NCBI GenBank assembly: GCA_027021705.1
Contig: JALUTT010000152.1
Coordinates: forward strand, 22,109-86,108
DNA length: 64,000 bases
Direction of reading: 5' to 3'
DNA from: Anaerolineae bacterium
Lineage (GTDB): Bacteria; Chloroflexota; Anaerolineae; S140-20
Shown: positions 54,054 to 64,000 of the stretch, one piece after another
Layout of the letters: each line of letters starts with the position of its first letter
How positions within the stretch are numbered: the stretch's first letter is position 1
The notes under the pieces: generated by a model
Database searches by the model: none
The model's input: the letters and a program-made list of their open reading frames with translations, nothing else
What the model was told of the DNA's origin: nothing
Translations under genes and position numbers: made by a program

Positions 54054-54120
54054 GCGGAAGTTGAGGATCGAGGGTCCCAGGCCCGCCCAGCCAAGGCGGG
54101 CCTGGGTGGTTGGATGGGAT

Positions 54121-57100
54121 CTACGGCACCCTCATCACCGGCACCTGGGCGAAGTCGTCCGGCCCCAGGTTGTCCATGTTGGGCTCCTGGGAGGGAGGAT
54201 AGGCGCTCAGCAGCTCCTCTTGGGTCGGGGTGGCGTCGGCCGGCCAGGCCAGGTCCACGATCCGGGTGTGGTTGGTGTCGTCGGGCCCGCCGCCCATCCG
54301 CCACTGCTTGGCTTGCTTCTCCACCTCCCGCACCCGCCAGACGCCGGGGGCGGGGAACCCCTCCTGGCTCAGCACCACGGCCACGTACCCCCATTGGCTC
54401 GGATCGGCCTCCTCGCCGAAGAGGGCCTTGGGCACCCGCAGGGTGACGGTGCGCTTGTCAGGGTTGACCACCGTCTTGAAGGAGCCCTTGACCTGCTTGA
54501 GCTCCCCCGACTCGTCCACCGTCCAGACCTGTTGCAGCCACCCTTCGACCCACAGGGCGTACTCCCACCCATAGCCTTCCTCTAGAGCGGCGTTGCGCCC
54601 CGGCAGGAGGAGCCGGCGTCCGGTCCCTGCGCCGGGGTCCAGGTCAATGTAGACGTCGAAGGTCTGGAGCGAGAGGTTGATGGGCGACCCCCACGGGTTG
54701 GGGATGGGGCCGTAGAGGGTGAAGCGGAAGACGATGTTCTTCTCGTCCTCGCCCACGACGAAGCTCTTCAAATCGAAGACCTGGGGGGTGAAGACGGCGT
54801 CGAGGGGGTAGGTGTAGGAGCCGGGGCCGTGGTCGTCGCCCTCGGGGTCCTTCACCTCCAGCAGGACGGTGACGGGCCGGACCTCGGGCAGGACGACGCG
54901 CAGCGGCCCGGAGGCGGGGGTGGTGGCGACGTCCTGGGAGCCTTGGCTCACTACGACGGCCAGGTTGAGGATGTCGCCGGCCTCCAGGTCGCCCAGGGCC
55001 TCCAGGGGCACGGCCAGCTCCAGGCTCGTCTCCCCCACGCCGGCCTGGGCGAGCGGGCGGGGTTCGATCCACTCGTTGCGCCCGTCGGCCTGGCTCAGGG
55101 TGGCGGTGAGGAAGGTCCCGTTGCGCAGGGAGACCTCGGCCAGGTGGGTGGCCCGGAACCCCAGGAAGGTCCGGGGCTCGGCGGCCACGCCCAGGCGGGA
55201 GAAGGGGTTGGCCTCGGTCGCGGCGGGGCTGGAGAGGTAGATGCCCACGTAGGCTTCTTCCCCCAGCGCCTTCCAGGGCTGCCGGCCGTCCACCCGCAGG
55301 TAGAGGTTCCCGGCGTCGAAGCCGTAGTAGATGGCCTGCACCACGCCGTCGCCGGGGGCTTCGTAGAGGCCGGCCAAGGCCCACTCGTCGGGGGAGACCT
55401 CACCGTCCGGGGAGGGGGTGAAGGTCCGCTCCATCCCCCGGGTGGGGGCCACGGCCTGGCGGGGGATGATGGGCGCGTCGAGGAAGGGCGGGGGCTCCCG
55501 GTCCAGGGAGAGGTACACCTCTTTGAGCAGCGAGCGGAAGGCGAAGTCGAAGTAGTCGTCCTGGCCGGAGTCCTGGTCGGAGCCGTACCACCAGAACCAG
55601 TCGGAGCCCTCGGCCAGGTAGAGGAAGTCCAGCGCCCGCTCCAGCGCCTCGGGCGGAGCGGTGCGCCGCCTGTAGAGGTCGTACTCGGCCACGAAGGTGC
55701 GCACTTTGAGCAGGTATTCCCAGGCCGTGTTCTCCTCGGGCTCGCCGATCCAGGTGGCGAAGTCGGGGCTGAACCAACACCCCGGCCAGAGGTGCTCCAG
55801 CGATCGCGGCTCAGGGAACCGCTCCAGGAACTCCGAAGGCGTGATCGTCTCGATGGTCTCGGCCTCGGAGAGGTTGCGGTAGAGGGCGTGGAGGAAGTCC
55901 TTTCCGTCGTTGTCGTACCACTCCCAGGCGTTCTCCCCGTCCAGGATGATGGTCACTAGGTGAGGCCCTTCGGCCCCGCTCGCCTGGAGCCGGTCTCGGA
56001 TCCGCTCCAGCCGTTGCATCAGGTCCTTGGCGGCCAGCTCGCCCGGCATGCCCGAGTAGGTGAAGCCCACTTTGTCCGAGATGAGCCGGTCGCGGAAGAG
56101 GATGGCGACGGGCCGCTGGTCCTGGAAGCGCACGGAGTAGGGCCGGTAGAGGAGGTCGGCTTCCTGGACGGTGTCCTGGGCGTCGCGGGTGAAGCTGTCA
56201 ATGCCCAGGGAGGCGGCCAGCACGTCCTCGCCGGAGGCCATCCAGAGGAAGCCGGCGTCGGAGACGAGCTTCACGATCTCCTGGGCGACGGCGCCCTCCG
56301 AGGGCCACAGCCCCCGGGGCTTGCGTCCAAAGTGGGCCTCGTAGACCTCCACGGCCTTTTGGAGCTGGGCGCTGGCGTCGTTGGGGAAGGAGAAGCGCTG
56401 GGGCAGCTTGGCCGAGGGGTCCCCGACGGCGGCCAGCTTGGTGTCGTAGAGCAGGGGCAGGATGGGGTGGGCGTAGGGGGTGGTGGTGATCTCGATCTGT
56501 CCCCGGTCCTGGAGTTCCTTGTGCTTGGGGATGACGGCCCGGATCACCTCCCGCGCCTTGTCGAAGACGATCTGCTTGTCGGCCTCGCTGAAGTCCCGCC
56601 CCTTCTCCACCAGCCCCTTCAGCGGCTCCTGAGCCAGGAAGTCGGGATCGAACCAGGCCAGGTTGAACCAGACCTGGAGGTCCCGGAAGTCCTGGGTGGT
56701 GAAGCTCTGGAGGGCCTTTTCGATGGTCTCCTCGTCGGTGGAACGGCCTCGCTTGTCCAGCAGTTCCTTGTAGCGGGGGAAGCGGGCGATGACGTGGTCC
56801 CAGTTGGCGTCGAAGAAGCGGCGCAGGAGGAACCGCTTGTCGTCGTCGGTGAGTTGGTCGGCCGGCTTCTCCGCCAGCACCCAGTAGATGTCCTTGGCCC
56901 CGTTGGCGAAATCGTCCAACTGGCGGATCAGGCTGGGGGTGAGGTTGAAGGTGACGTGGACGTCGGGGTACTGGTCCAGCATCGCCACCATGTCGTAGTA
57001 GTCCTTGGTGGCGTGGACCCGCACCCAGGGCCGGGTGTAGACGCCGGTCTCCGGGTCCTTGTAGTAGAGGGGCTGGTGCTGGTGCCAGATGATGGCGACG

Positions 57101-57231
57101 TAGAGGGGCATTTCCTCCGCCCCAGGCGTGGGAGAGGGGGCCGGCGGTGACGGGATGGGGGAAGGGGTGGGCTGGGGCCGCGCACAGCCGACGAGGATGG
57201 ACAGGACGATGAGGAAGAAGAAACGACGCAT
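54121..57231 (-). CDS. GH57 amylopullulanase lipoprotein with C-terminal glucodextranase/DOMON-like domain
   Basis: Lipobox LVGC; WHQHQP, WPSEG, LDGENAWE, AEGSDWFWW and DPEGDDHGPGSYTYP motifs. Confidence 0.92.
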   Translation of the reverse strand: MRRFFFLIVLSILVGCARPQPTPSPIPSPPAPSPTPGAEEMPLYVAIIWHQHQPLYYKDPETGVYTRPWVRVHATKDYYDMVAMLDQYPDVHVTFNLTPSLIRQLDDFANGAKDIYWVLAEKPADQLTDDDKRFLLRRFFDANWDHVIARFPRYKELLDKRGRSTDEETIEKALQSFTTQDFRDLQVWFNLAWFDPDFLAQEPLKGLVEKGRDFSEADKQIVFDKAREVIRAVIPKHKELQDRGQIEITTTPYAHPILPLLYDTKLAAVGDPSAKLPQRFSFPNDASAQLQKAVEVYEAHFGRKPRGLWPSEGAVAQEIVKLVSDAGFLWMASGEDVLAASLGIDSFTRDAQDTVQEADLLYRPYSVRFQDQRPVAILFRDRLISDKVGFTYSGMPGELAAKDLMQRLERIRDRLQASGAEGPHLVTIILDGENAWEWYDNDGKDFLHALYRNLSEAETIETITPSEFLERFPEPRSLEHLWPGCWFSPDFATWIGEPEENTAWEYLLKVRTFVAEYDLYRRRTAPPEALERALDFLYLAEGSDWFWWYGSDQDSGQDDYFDFAFRSLLKEVYLSLDREPPPFLDAPIIPRQAVAPTRGMERTFTPSPDGEVSPDEWALAGLYEAPGDGVVQAIYYGFDAGNLYLRVDGRQPWKALGEEAYVGIYLSSPAATEANPFSRLGVAAEPRTFLGFRATHLAEVSLRNGTFLTATLSQADGRNEWIEPRPLAQAGVGETSLELAVPLEALGDLEAGDILNLAVVVSQGSQDVATTPASGPLRVVLPEVRPVTVLLEVKDPEGDDHGPGSYTYPLDAVFTPQVFDLKSFVVGEDEKNIVFRFTLYGPIPNPWGSPINLSLQTFDVYIDLDPGAGTGRRLLLPGRNAALEEGYGWEYALWVEGWLQQVWTVDESGELKQVKGSFKTVVNPDKRTVTLRVPKALFGEEADPSQWGYVAVVLSQEGFPAPGVWRVREVEKQAKQWRMGGGPDDTNHTRIVDLAWPADATPTQEELLSAYPPSQEPNMDNLGPDDFAQVPVMRVP

Positions 57232-57246
57232 AGGGTCTGCTCCTGC

Positions 57247-58709
<1,463 letters not shown>

Positions 58710-58713
<4 letters not shown>

Positions 58714-59612
58714 CCTTTGACTCCTCCCAGGGTGAGGCCGCTGATGAGCCACTTGGATGAGTAGAGGAAGAGGGCCATCACGGGGATGGCGATCAGGATG
58801 GAGGCGGCGGCGAACTTCCCCCAGGCCACGGTGAACTGGCCGGCGTAGGTCCAAATGCCCAGGGGCCAGGTGTAGAGTTTGGCGTTCTGGAGCACCACCC
58901 GGGCCACAATGTACTCGCTCCAGGAGCCCATAAAGTTGAAGAGAAAGGCGATGGCCAGGGCGGGGGTGGAGAGGGGGAGCACGACGCGGAAGAAGGCCCC
59001 CATCCGGCTGGCCCCGTCAATCATCGCCGCTTCCTCTAGGTCGGGGGGGATGGTGTCGTAGTACCCCTTGAGGAGCCAGATGCTGAAGGGCACGGAACCC
59101 ACCGAGTAGGCGATGATGAGGCCCAGGTAGGTGTTGATGAGCCGCAGCCGGATCAGCATGATGTAGAGGGGCAGGAGCAGCATGGCCGCCGGGATGAACT
59201 GGGTGGTGAGCAGGAAGACCAGCCCGACCCCGCGCCCCGGAAATTTGAAGCGGGAGAAGGCGTAGGCGGCGGTGGAGGCCAGGGCGACCCCGATGAGGGC
59301 GGTGGTGAGGCTGATGGTCAGGCTGTTCCAGATCCACAGGAAGAAGTCCGACGGGCGCTTCAGTTCCGGGTTGCCGAAGAGCACCTCCCGGTAGTTGTCC
59401 AGCGTGGCGTCGGGGGGGATGATGGCCAGGCTGGTGGAGAGGAGCCGGTCACCCGGGCGCAGGGAGATGGCGAAGACCCGCAGGATCGGGTAGACGGCGA
59501 TGACGCAGGCGAGGATGAGGGCGAGGTGGATGAGCAGCCGCTTGAAGGGGCTATCGCCCCGGGCCCGCACGAAGAAGCGCTTCCAGCGAGGGGATGACTT
59601 TTTCTGCATCAC
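58710..59612 (-). CDS. Sugar ABC permease (MalG-like)
   Basis: AAYAFSRFKF and EAA motif LEEAAMIDGAS. Confidence 0.9.
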
Positions 59613-60631
59613 TCATACACCCCTTTCAGACCACCACTGACCCGGATGTAGACGATGGCGAAGATCAGCAGGAAGGCGAAGATGACCAGAGCGAAGGCGG
59701 CGGCAAATCCGTAACGGTAGAACTGAAAGGCGGCCTTGTACATCGAGCTGACCAGAATGTCCGTCTTCTCCTGGGGGCCGCCGCCGGTGATGAGCCAGAT
59801 GACCTCCAGCCGGTTGAAGGTCCAAACGGTCCCCAGGATGACGGCGGGGGTGAGCACCGGGCGCAGCAAGGGCAGGGTGATGTGGCGGAACCGCTGCCAG
59901 TTGGAAGCCCCGTCAATCTCGGCGGCCTCGTAGAACTCCTGGGAGATGGACTGGAGACCGCCCAGGATGATGACCATCATAAAGGGGATGCCCAGCCAGA
60001 TGTTGGAGAGGACCACCGAGACGAAGGCCCAGAAGGGGTCCTGCTTCCAAGGGAGGGGGGAGAGGCCAAGGTTGCGCAGGATGAGGTTGAACATCCCGTA
60101 GCGGTAGTCGAACTCGTTGCGCAGCGCCATGGCCGCGATGACGGTGGGGATGGCCCAGGGGAAGACCAACAGGGTGCGGTAGAGGCCGCGCAGCCGCATC
60201 GGGCGGTTGAGGAGCAGCGCCAAGGCCATCCCCCCGGTCACGTGGAAGAAGACGTTGATGGCCGTCCAGAGGATGGTCCGCAGAAGCACCTCCCAGAAGG
60301 AGGCTTCGTGGGCCACCGTGCTGGTGAAGACGTTGACGAAGTTGCGGATGCCGTATCGGAGCCCAAAAGAGGGGTTCTGGGCGGTCTTCATGCTCATGTT
60401 GGTGAAGGCCAGGTAGATGTCAAAGGCGAAAGGGTAGAGGATGAGAAAGAGGACGCCTAGGAAAGCGGGGGCCAGGAGCATGTAGGCCAAGGCCCGAGGG
60501 CTGTGCAGCCAGCGGTTCAGCACCAGGTAGAGGATGGCTTCGGTCCCCAGGATGATGAAGGCGATGAGGAGGACAAACTTGCCGATCTGGGCGACGGTGT
60601 TGAGCATGATCTCGGGAGTCAGGCTGATCAT
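59609..60631 (-). CDS. Sugar ABC permease (MalF-like)
   Basis: PWAIP, WLGIPFMM and YEAAEIDGAS..FRHITLP motifs. Confidence 0.9.
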   Translation of the reverse strand: MISLTPEIMLNTVAQIGKFVLLIAFIILGTEAILYLVLNRWLHSPRALAYMLLAPAFLGVLFLILYPFAFDIYLAFTNMSMKTAQNPSFGLRYGIRNFVNVFTSTVAHEASFWEVLLRTILWTAINVFFHVTGGMALALLLNRPMRLRGLYRTLLVFPWAIPTVIAAMALRNEFDYRYGMFNLILRNLGLSPLPWKQDPFWAFVSVVLSNIWLGIPFMMVIILGGLQSISQEFYEAAEIDGASNWQRFRHITLPLLRPVLTPAVILGTVWTFNRLEVIWLITGGGPQEKTDILVSSMYKAAFQFYRYGFAAAFALVIFAFLLIFAIVYIRVSGGLKGVYE

Positions 60632-60679
60632 GGGCCTTCTCCGTCAGAGATGCAGTAGAACAGGGGGCCGGGGAAGGAG

Positions 60680-60712
60680 TTCCGAGGGAGGGTAGGGAGC
60701 CCTCCCTCGGAA
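60680..60712. other. Perfect 13-bp intercistronic hairpin after the solute-binding gene
   Basis: TTCCGAGGGAGGG-N7-CCCTCCCTCGGAA; probably stabilises or attenuates mRNA. Confidence 0.65.
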
Positions 60713-60726
60713 TGCCATTTGTCTAG

Positions 60727-62052
60727 CTAACCACCCTGCATCTCCTGGACGCAGCGGGTGGCTTCCTCCTGCATCTTGGCGGCGGCTTCCTCGGGGGTGA
60801 TGGAGTCCGCCATGACCGCTTCTAGGTTGGGCCGCATGGCGTCCCAGGCGCAGCGCATCTCAGGCGCGGCCGGCATACCCCGCCCCTTCTGGAGCTGCGC
60901 CATCGAGCCGGCCAGGATGGGGTCGGAGGTGATGGCGGGGTCGTTCTGGAGTTCCTTGTTGGAGGGCAGCCGCTTGAACTTCTCCAGCCACTGCTTCTGC
61001 ACCTCCTTGGAGCACATATACTCGACGAAGGTCTTGACCGCCGCCAGCTTGTCGGGGTCGTCCTTGACCTGCTTGCTGACCATCCAGTACTTGCCCGAGG
61101 TCATCGGGCTGGGCCAGCCGTAGCCGGGGATCTCGGGGATGGGGGCCACACCCAGCTTATCGCCCAGGGCCTCGGCGTAGCCGCCCAAGGACCAGTCGCC
61201 GTTGATGATCATCGCTGCCTTGCCCTCCTTGAAGAGGGTGTCGGCGCAGTTGTAGTCGCACTCCACGGGGACGATCTTGTGGGTCCACTTGAGGTCGTGG
61301 ACGAACTGCAGGGCCTTGACGACGGCCTCGCTCCCCAGGTCGGGCTCGTCCTTCTCGTTCAACGGCCAGCCGCCGAACCCGCCGATCCAGGGGGCCAGCC
61401 AGAAGGGCTCGTTGAGGTTGTAGGCGAATCCCCACTGGTCGGGTTCCCCGTCGCCGTCCTCGTCCTTGGTGAGCCCCTTGGCCATCTCGATCAGCTCGTC
61501 GGTGGTCTTGGGGGGCTCGGAGACCAGGTCCTTGTTGTAGAGGAGCATCAGGTGGTTGCCGTAGTTGTCGGGCACACCCCAGTCTACGCCGGCCACCCGA
61601 GAGGCCTGGATGGCGAGGGGGTCAAGGGTATCCAGGAACGCCTTGTCGAAGACCTCATCAATGGGCAGGACCAGTTGCAGGGAGCTGAAGGGGCCGGCGA
61701 AGTCGTTGGGGACGCGGACCAACTCCGGTGCTGCACCTGCCAGCCCAGCCGTCTGGAACTGGTCCCGCAGTTCCTCGTTCCCGTAGTGGACCCGCTCGAC
61801 GGTGATGTTGGGGTGCTCCTCCATGAACTTGTTGACCAGCTCATCGAGGAAGACGTCTACCTCGTCCCCCTCCTGCTCCCAGTAGACGATCTTCACCTCC
61901 TTGGGAGGCGGAGGGGAGGTTGGGGTAGCAGCCTCACCGGCCTTGGCGGGAGCGGTGGTGGGCGTGGGGGTGGCTGCAGGCTTGCACTGGGTCAGGGCCA
62001 GTGCGGCCAGCAGGGCCAGTCCCAGCATCAGGTAAGAAATTCTCTTCTTCAT
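60727..62052 (-). CDS. Maltodextrin ABC solute-binding lipoprotein (MalE-like)
   Basis: Lipobox LTQC; LLYNKDLV..PPKTTDEL, FKEGKAAMIINGDW and MPAAPEM..W motifs. Confidence 0.88.
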   Translation of the reverse strand: MKKRISYLMLGLALLAALALTQCKPAATPTPTTAPAKAGEAATPTSPPPPKEVKIVYWEQEGDEVDVFLDELVNKFMEEHPNITVERVHYGNEELRDQFQTAGLAGAAPELVRVPNDFAGPFSSLQLVLPIDEVFDKAFLDTLDPLAIQASRVAGVDWGVPDNYGNHLMLLYNKDLVSEPPKTTDELIEMAKGLTKDEDGDGEPDQWGFAYNLNEPFWLAPWIGGFGGWPLNEKDEPDLGSEAVVKALQFVHDLKWTHKIVPVECDYNCADTLFKEGKAAMIINGDWSLGGYAEALGDKLGVAPIPEIPGYGWPSPMTSGKYWMVSKQVKDDPDKLAAVKTFVEYMCSKEVQKQWLEKFKRLPSNKELQNDPAITSDPILAGSMAQLQKGRGMPAAPEMRCAWDAMRPNLEAVMADSITPEEAAAKMQEEATRCVQEMQGG

Positions 62053-62202
62053 CGTTAGTCCTCCTTCTACAGTCTAGGTGGTTGTTCCTCGAGTTGTACA
62101 GCATCGGCCTCTTGGGCCGGTACAGCCGGGGAGGGGAGGGAACAGACGGATAGGTGGTTCCCCCAGGCCGTTGAGGGGAAGGGAGGCCGCTCCGACGGTG
62201 TC

Positions 62203-63237
62203 TCAGGCCGGAGGGGGCCCCACCGAAGCACGCATGACCAACTGGGTGGGCAGCACCACGTGTTCGAGGAGCGGCTCCTCGCCCAGAAGGCGGATCAACA
62301 GTTCGGCAGCTTGTTCACCCTTTCCTCTGCTAGGCTGGTAGACGGTGGTCAGGGGAGGAGTAGCGATCTGGGCTTCAGGTACGTCGTCGTATCCCACGAT
62401 GGAGAGCCGGGAAGGGACTTCGACGCCGTGCTCCTGGGCTGCTTTGAGGACGCCTAGGGCGATGATGTCGCTCATCGCCACCACCGCTGTCGGTCGGGGG
62501 GAGTGTTGCCAGAGCCGTTGAAAGGCGCGACGTCCGCCGTCCAGGGTGTTTTCACACTCCAGAATGCAGATGTCGGGGTGGTCGGGGGTGAGCCCAACGG
62601 TGGCCAGGGCTTCGGCGTACCCTTCCATACGCCATTTCATCGTGCTCTTCCACCGCTGCCAGACGCCGTTTTCGCCGGACTCGAAGCCTAGGATGGCGAT
62701 GCGGCGGTGGCCGTGGCCCAGGACATGCTGCATCACAGCCTGTGCGCCGGAGCGGTCGTCAACGTTGACACTGGGCACGTCGGGGAGGGGCTCGCTGTCC
62801 ACGGTGACGAAGGGGGTATCCCGGCGGCGCAGCAACTCGACCACCGGGTCGTGGGCGTCCAGCCCCATCACCACGAAGCCGTCTACGGCAGCTCTGTCCA
62901 CCGCCTTCCTCAAAGAGCCCTGGATGGGGGGGGCCAGCAGGACGAAGAAGCCTTCTTCCAGACAGGCCTGCCCCACGCCTTGCAGGAAGTGGATGAAGAA
63001 GGGGTTTTCCAGCATAGTGGCCACGTCCTGGGGTACCAGCACGCCTATGACACCGGTCCGCCGGGTGCTCAGGCTTCGAGCGATGGGGTGGGGAGCGTAT
63101 CCCAGTTCACGGGCTACCTGGAGAATGCGCTCGGCGGTAGCTTTGGAGAGGCGAGAGGGATCGTTGAAGGCAAAGGAGACGGCGGTTTTCGATACGCCGG
63201 CCCGTTCGGCTATCTCTTTGATGGTCACCCGGGCCAT
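62203..63237 (-). CDS. LacI family transcriptional regulator
   Basis: TIKEIAERAGVSKTAVS HTH; SIVGYDD and PLTTVYQP motifs. Confidence 0.95.
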   Translation of the reverse strand: MARVTIKEIAERAGVSKTAVSFAFNDPSRLSKATAERILQVARELGYAPHPIARSLSTRRTGVIGVLVPQDVATMLENPFFIHFLQGVGQACLEEGFFVLLAPPIQGSLRKAVDRAAVDGFVVMGLDAHDPVVELLRRRDTPFVTVDSEPLPDVPSVNVDDRSGAQAVMQHVLGHGHRRIAILGFESGENGVWQRWKSTMKWRMEGYAEALATVGLTPDHPDICILECENTLDGGRRAFQRLWQHSPRPTAVVAMSDIIALGVLKAAQEHGVEVPSRLSIVGYDDVPEAQIATPPLTTVYQPSRGKGEQAAELLIRLLGEEPLLEHVVLPTQLVMRASVGPPPA

Positions 63238-63253
63238 CGGCGCTCCCCCTCGT

Positions 63254-63311
63254 TTACTAAACCGTTTTAGTAACTCGACGATACTATATCACGTTTCTGG
63301 GGACTTGTCAA
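63254..63311 (-). promoter_or_regulatory. Sigma70 promoter and LacI-type operator
   Basis: TTGACA-17-TATAGT on the minus strand; palindrome TTACTAAA-CCGT-TTTAGTAA at 63254-63273. Confidence 0.8.
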
Positions 63312-63323
63312 GGGAGATTTCAC

Positions 63324-63407
63324 GGATGATCACCCATAAGTGGGCGCGAGAGTGGTCCGTAGCGGGCCGTCCACGAATTTCTCGCGAATGCACGAATCGG
63401 AATCACC
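63324..63407. repeat. Shortened GGTGAT-family MITE-like copy
   Basis: GAGAGTGGTCCGTAGCGGGCCGTCCACGAATTTCTCGCGAATGCACGAAT, ending GGAATCACC. Confidence 0.8.
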
Positions 63408-64000
63408 TTGATGAAGTGCTAGGAGGGGAAGAGCCGATGAGCCGCAGGAAGAGGCGGATTCCCTGCTGAACAATGCGGGCGGGGTAGCGGTATTGCGGTG
63501 CAGGGAGGGCAACATCCGTGGCCGGGGATTGTCGCACGACCATGGGCAGGTAGATGAAGTGGTCGGGTGTGGGTTGCGGAGCCGGCGTGGATTCGGATGT
63601 TGGTGTCGGCGTGGGGGTAAGGGTTGGGGATGCAGGTAGTGGCGTGTTGGTGGCGGTGGGTGTAGCGGTCACCGCAGGCGTGGCCGTTGGGGTGTTGGTG
63701 GGCACAGACGTGTTGGTCGGCGTGGGAGTGCTGGTCGCCGTCGCCGTAGGCGCGGCCGTGCTGGTCGGCGTGGGCGTCGGCGTGTCGGTGGGGGTTGGTG
63801 TCGGCGTTGGGGTGTTGGTTGCCGTCGGGGTGTTGGTGGCCGTGGGCGTGGGGGAGGCAGTGTTGGTGGCCGTCGGCGTCGGCGTGTCGGTGGGGGTTGG
63901 TGTCGGCGTTGGGGTGTTGGTCGCCGTCGGCGTTGGTGTGGCCGTAGGTGTGGCCGTGGACGTTGGCGTCGGTGTGAGCGTCGGCATCGGCGGCGTGCCG
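63403..64000 (-). CDS. C-terminus of a secreted protein with Pro/Thr linker and YLPMVVR motif (5' end outside window)
   Basis: (TP)n low-complexity tract followed by [11 protein letters not shown]. Confidence 0.75.
   Translation of the reverse strand, partial: GTPPMPTLTPTPTSTATPTATPTPTATNTPTPTPTPTDTPTPTATNTASPTPTATNTPTATNTPTPTPTPTDTPTPTPTSTAAPTATATSTPTPTNTSVPTNTPTATPAVTATPTATNTPLPASPTLTPTPTPTSESTPAPQPTPDHFIYLPMVVRQSPATDVALPAPQYRYPARIVQQGIRLFLRLIGSSPPSTSSR

Noticed and set aside
63560..64000. Non-coding simple repeat
   Set aside because: Encodes an ordinary Pro/Thr linker on the minus strand.

Overview
GC-rich bacterial chromosomal window, probably Chloroflexota (Anaerolineae-like); this is inferred from gene content and a C-terminal [YF]LP[LIM]V[LMV]R motif on secreted proteins. 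In order it holds: a trans-sulfuration enzyme; an A2-type caa3 cytochrome c oxidase operon with assembly genes; an MFS transporter; a split three-gene glutamate-synthase-like cluster; an ECF sigma/DUF5667 pair; a BNR-repeat protein; a mercury/heavy-metal locus; iscS-mnmA, bcp and nfo; a Mec/MoaD/MoeZ sulfur-carrier system; an ECF transporter; and a LacI-controlled maltodextrin ABC/GH13/GH57 operon. The main non-obvious signals are: (1) a MerT-like/HMA protein with an in-frame UGA in a GMT-U-SG-C motif plus a SECIS-like hairpin, in a mer locus that appears CsoR- rather than MerR-controlled; (2) a solo integron-type gene cassette (attC, no integrase in the window) carrying a PrcB-like lipoprotein and a subtilase, inserted in the sulfur-carrier operon; (3) a pseudo-receiver domain in frame with oxidase subunit II; (4) two MITE-like families, one with an 8-bp target duplication; (5) several intact, fused or collapsed toxin-antitoxin modules. 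All calls come from reading motifs by eye; no database searches were run.
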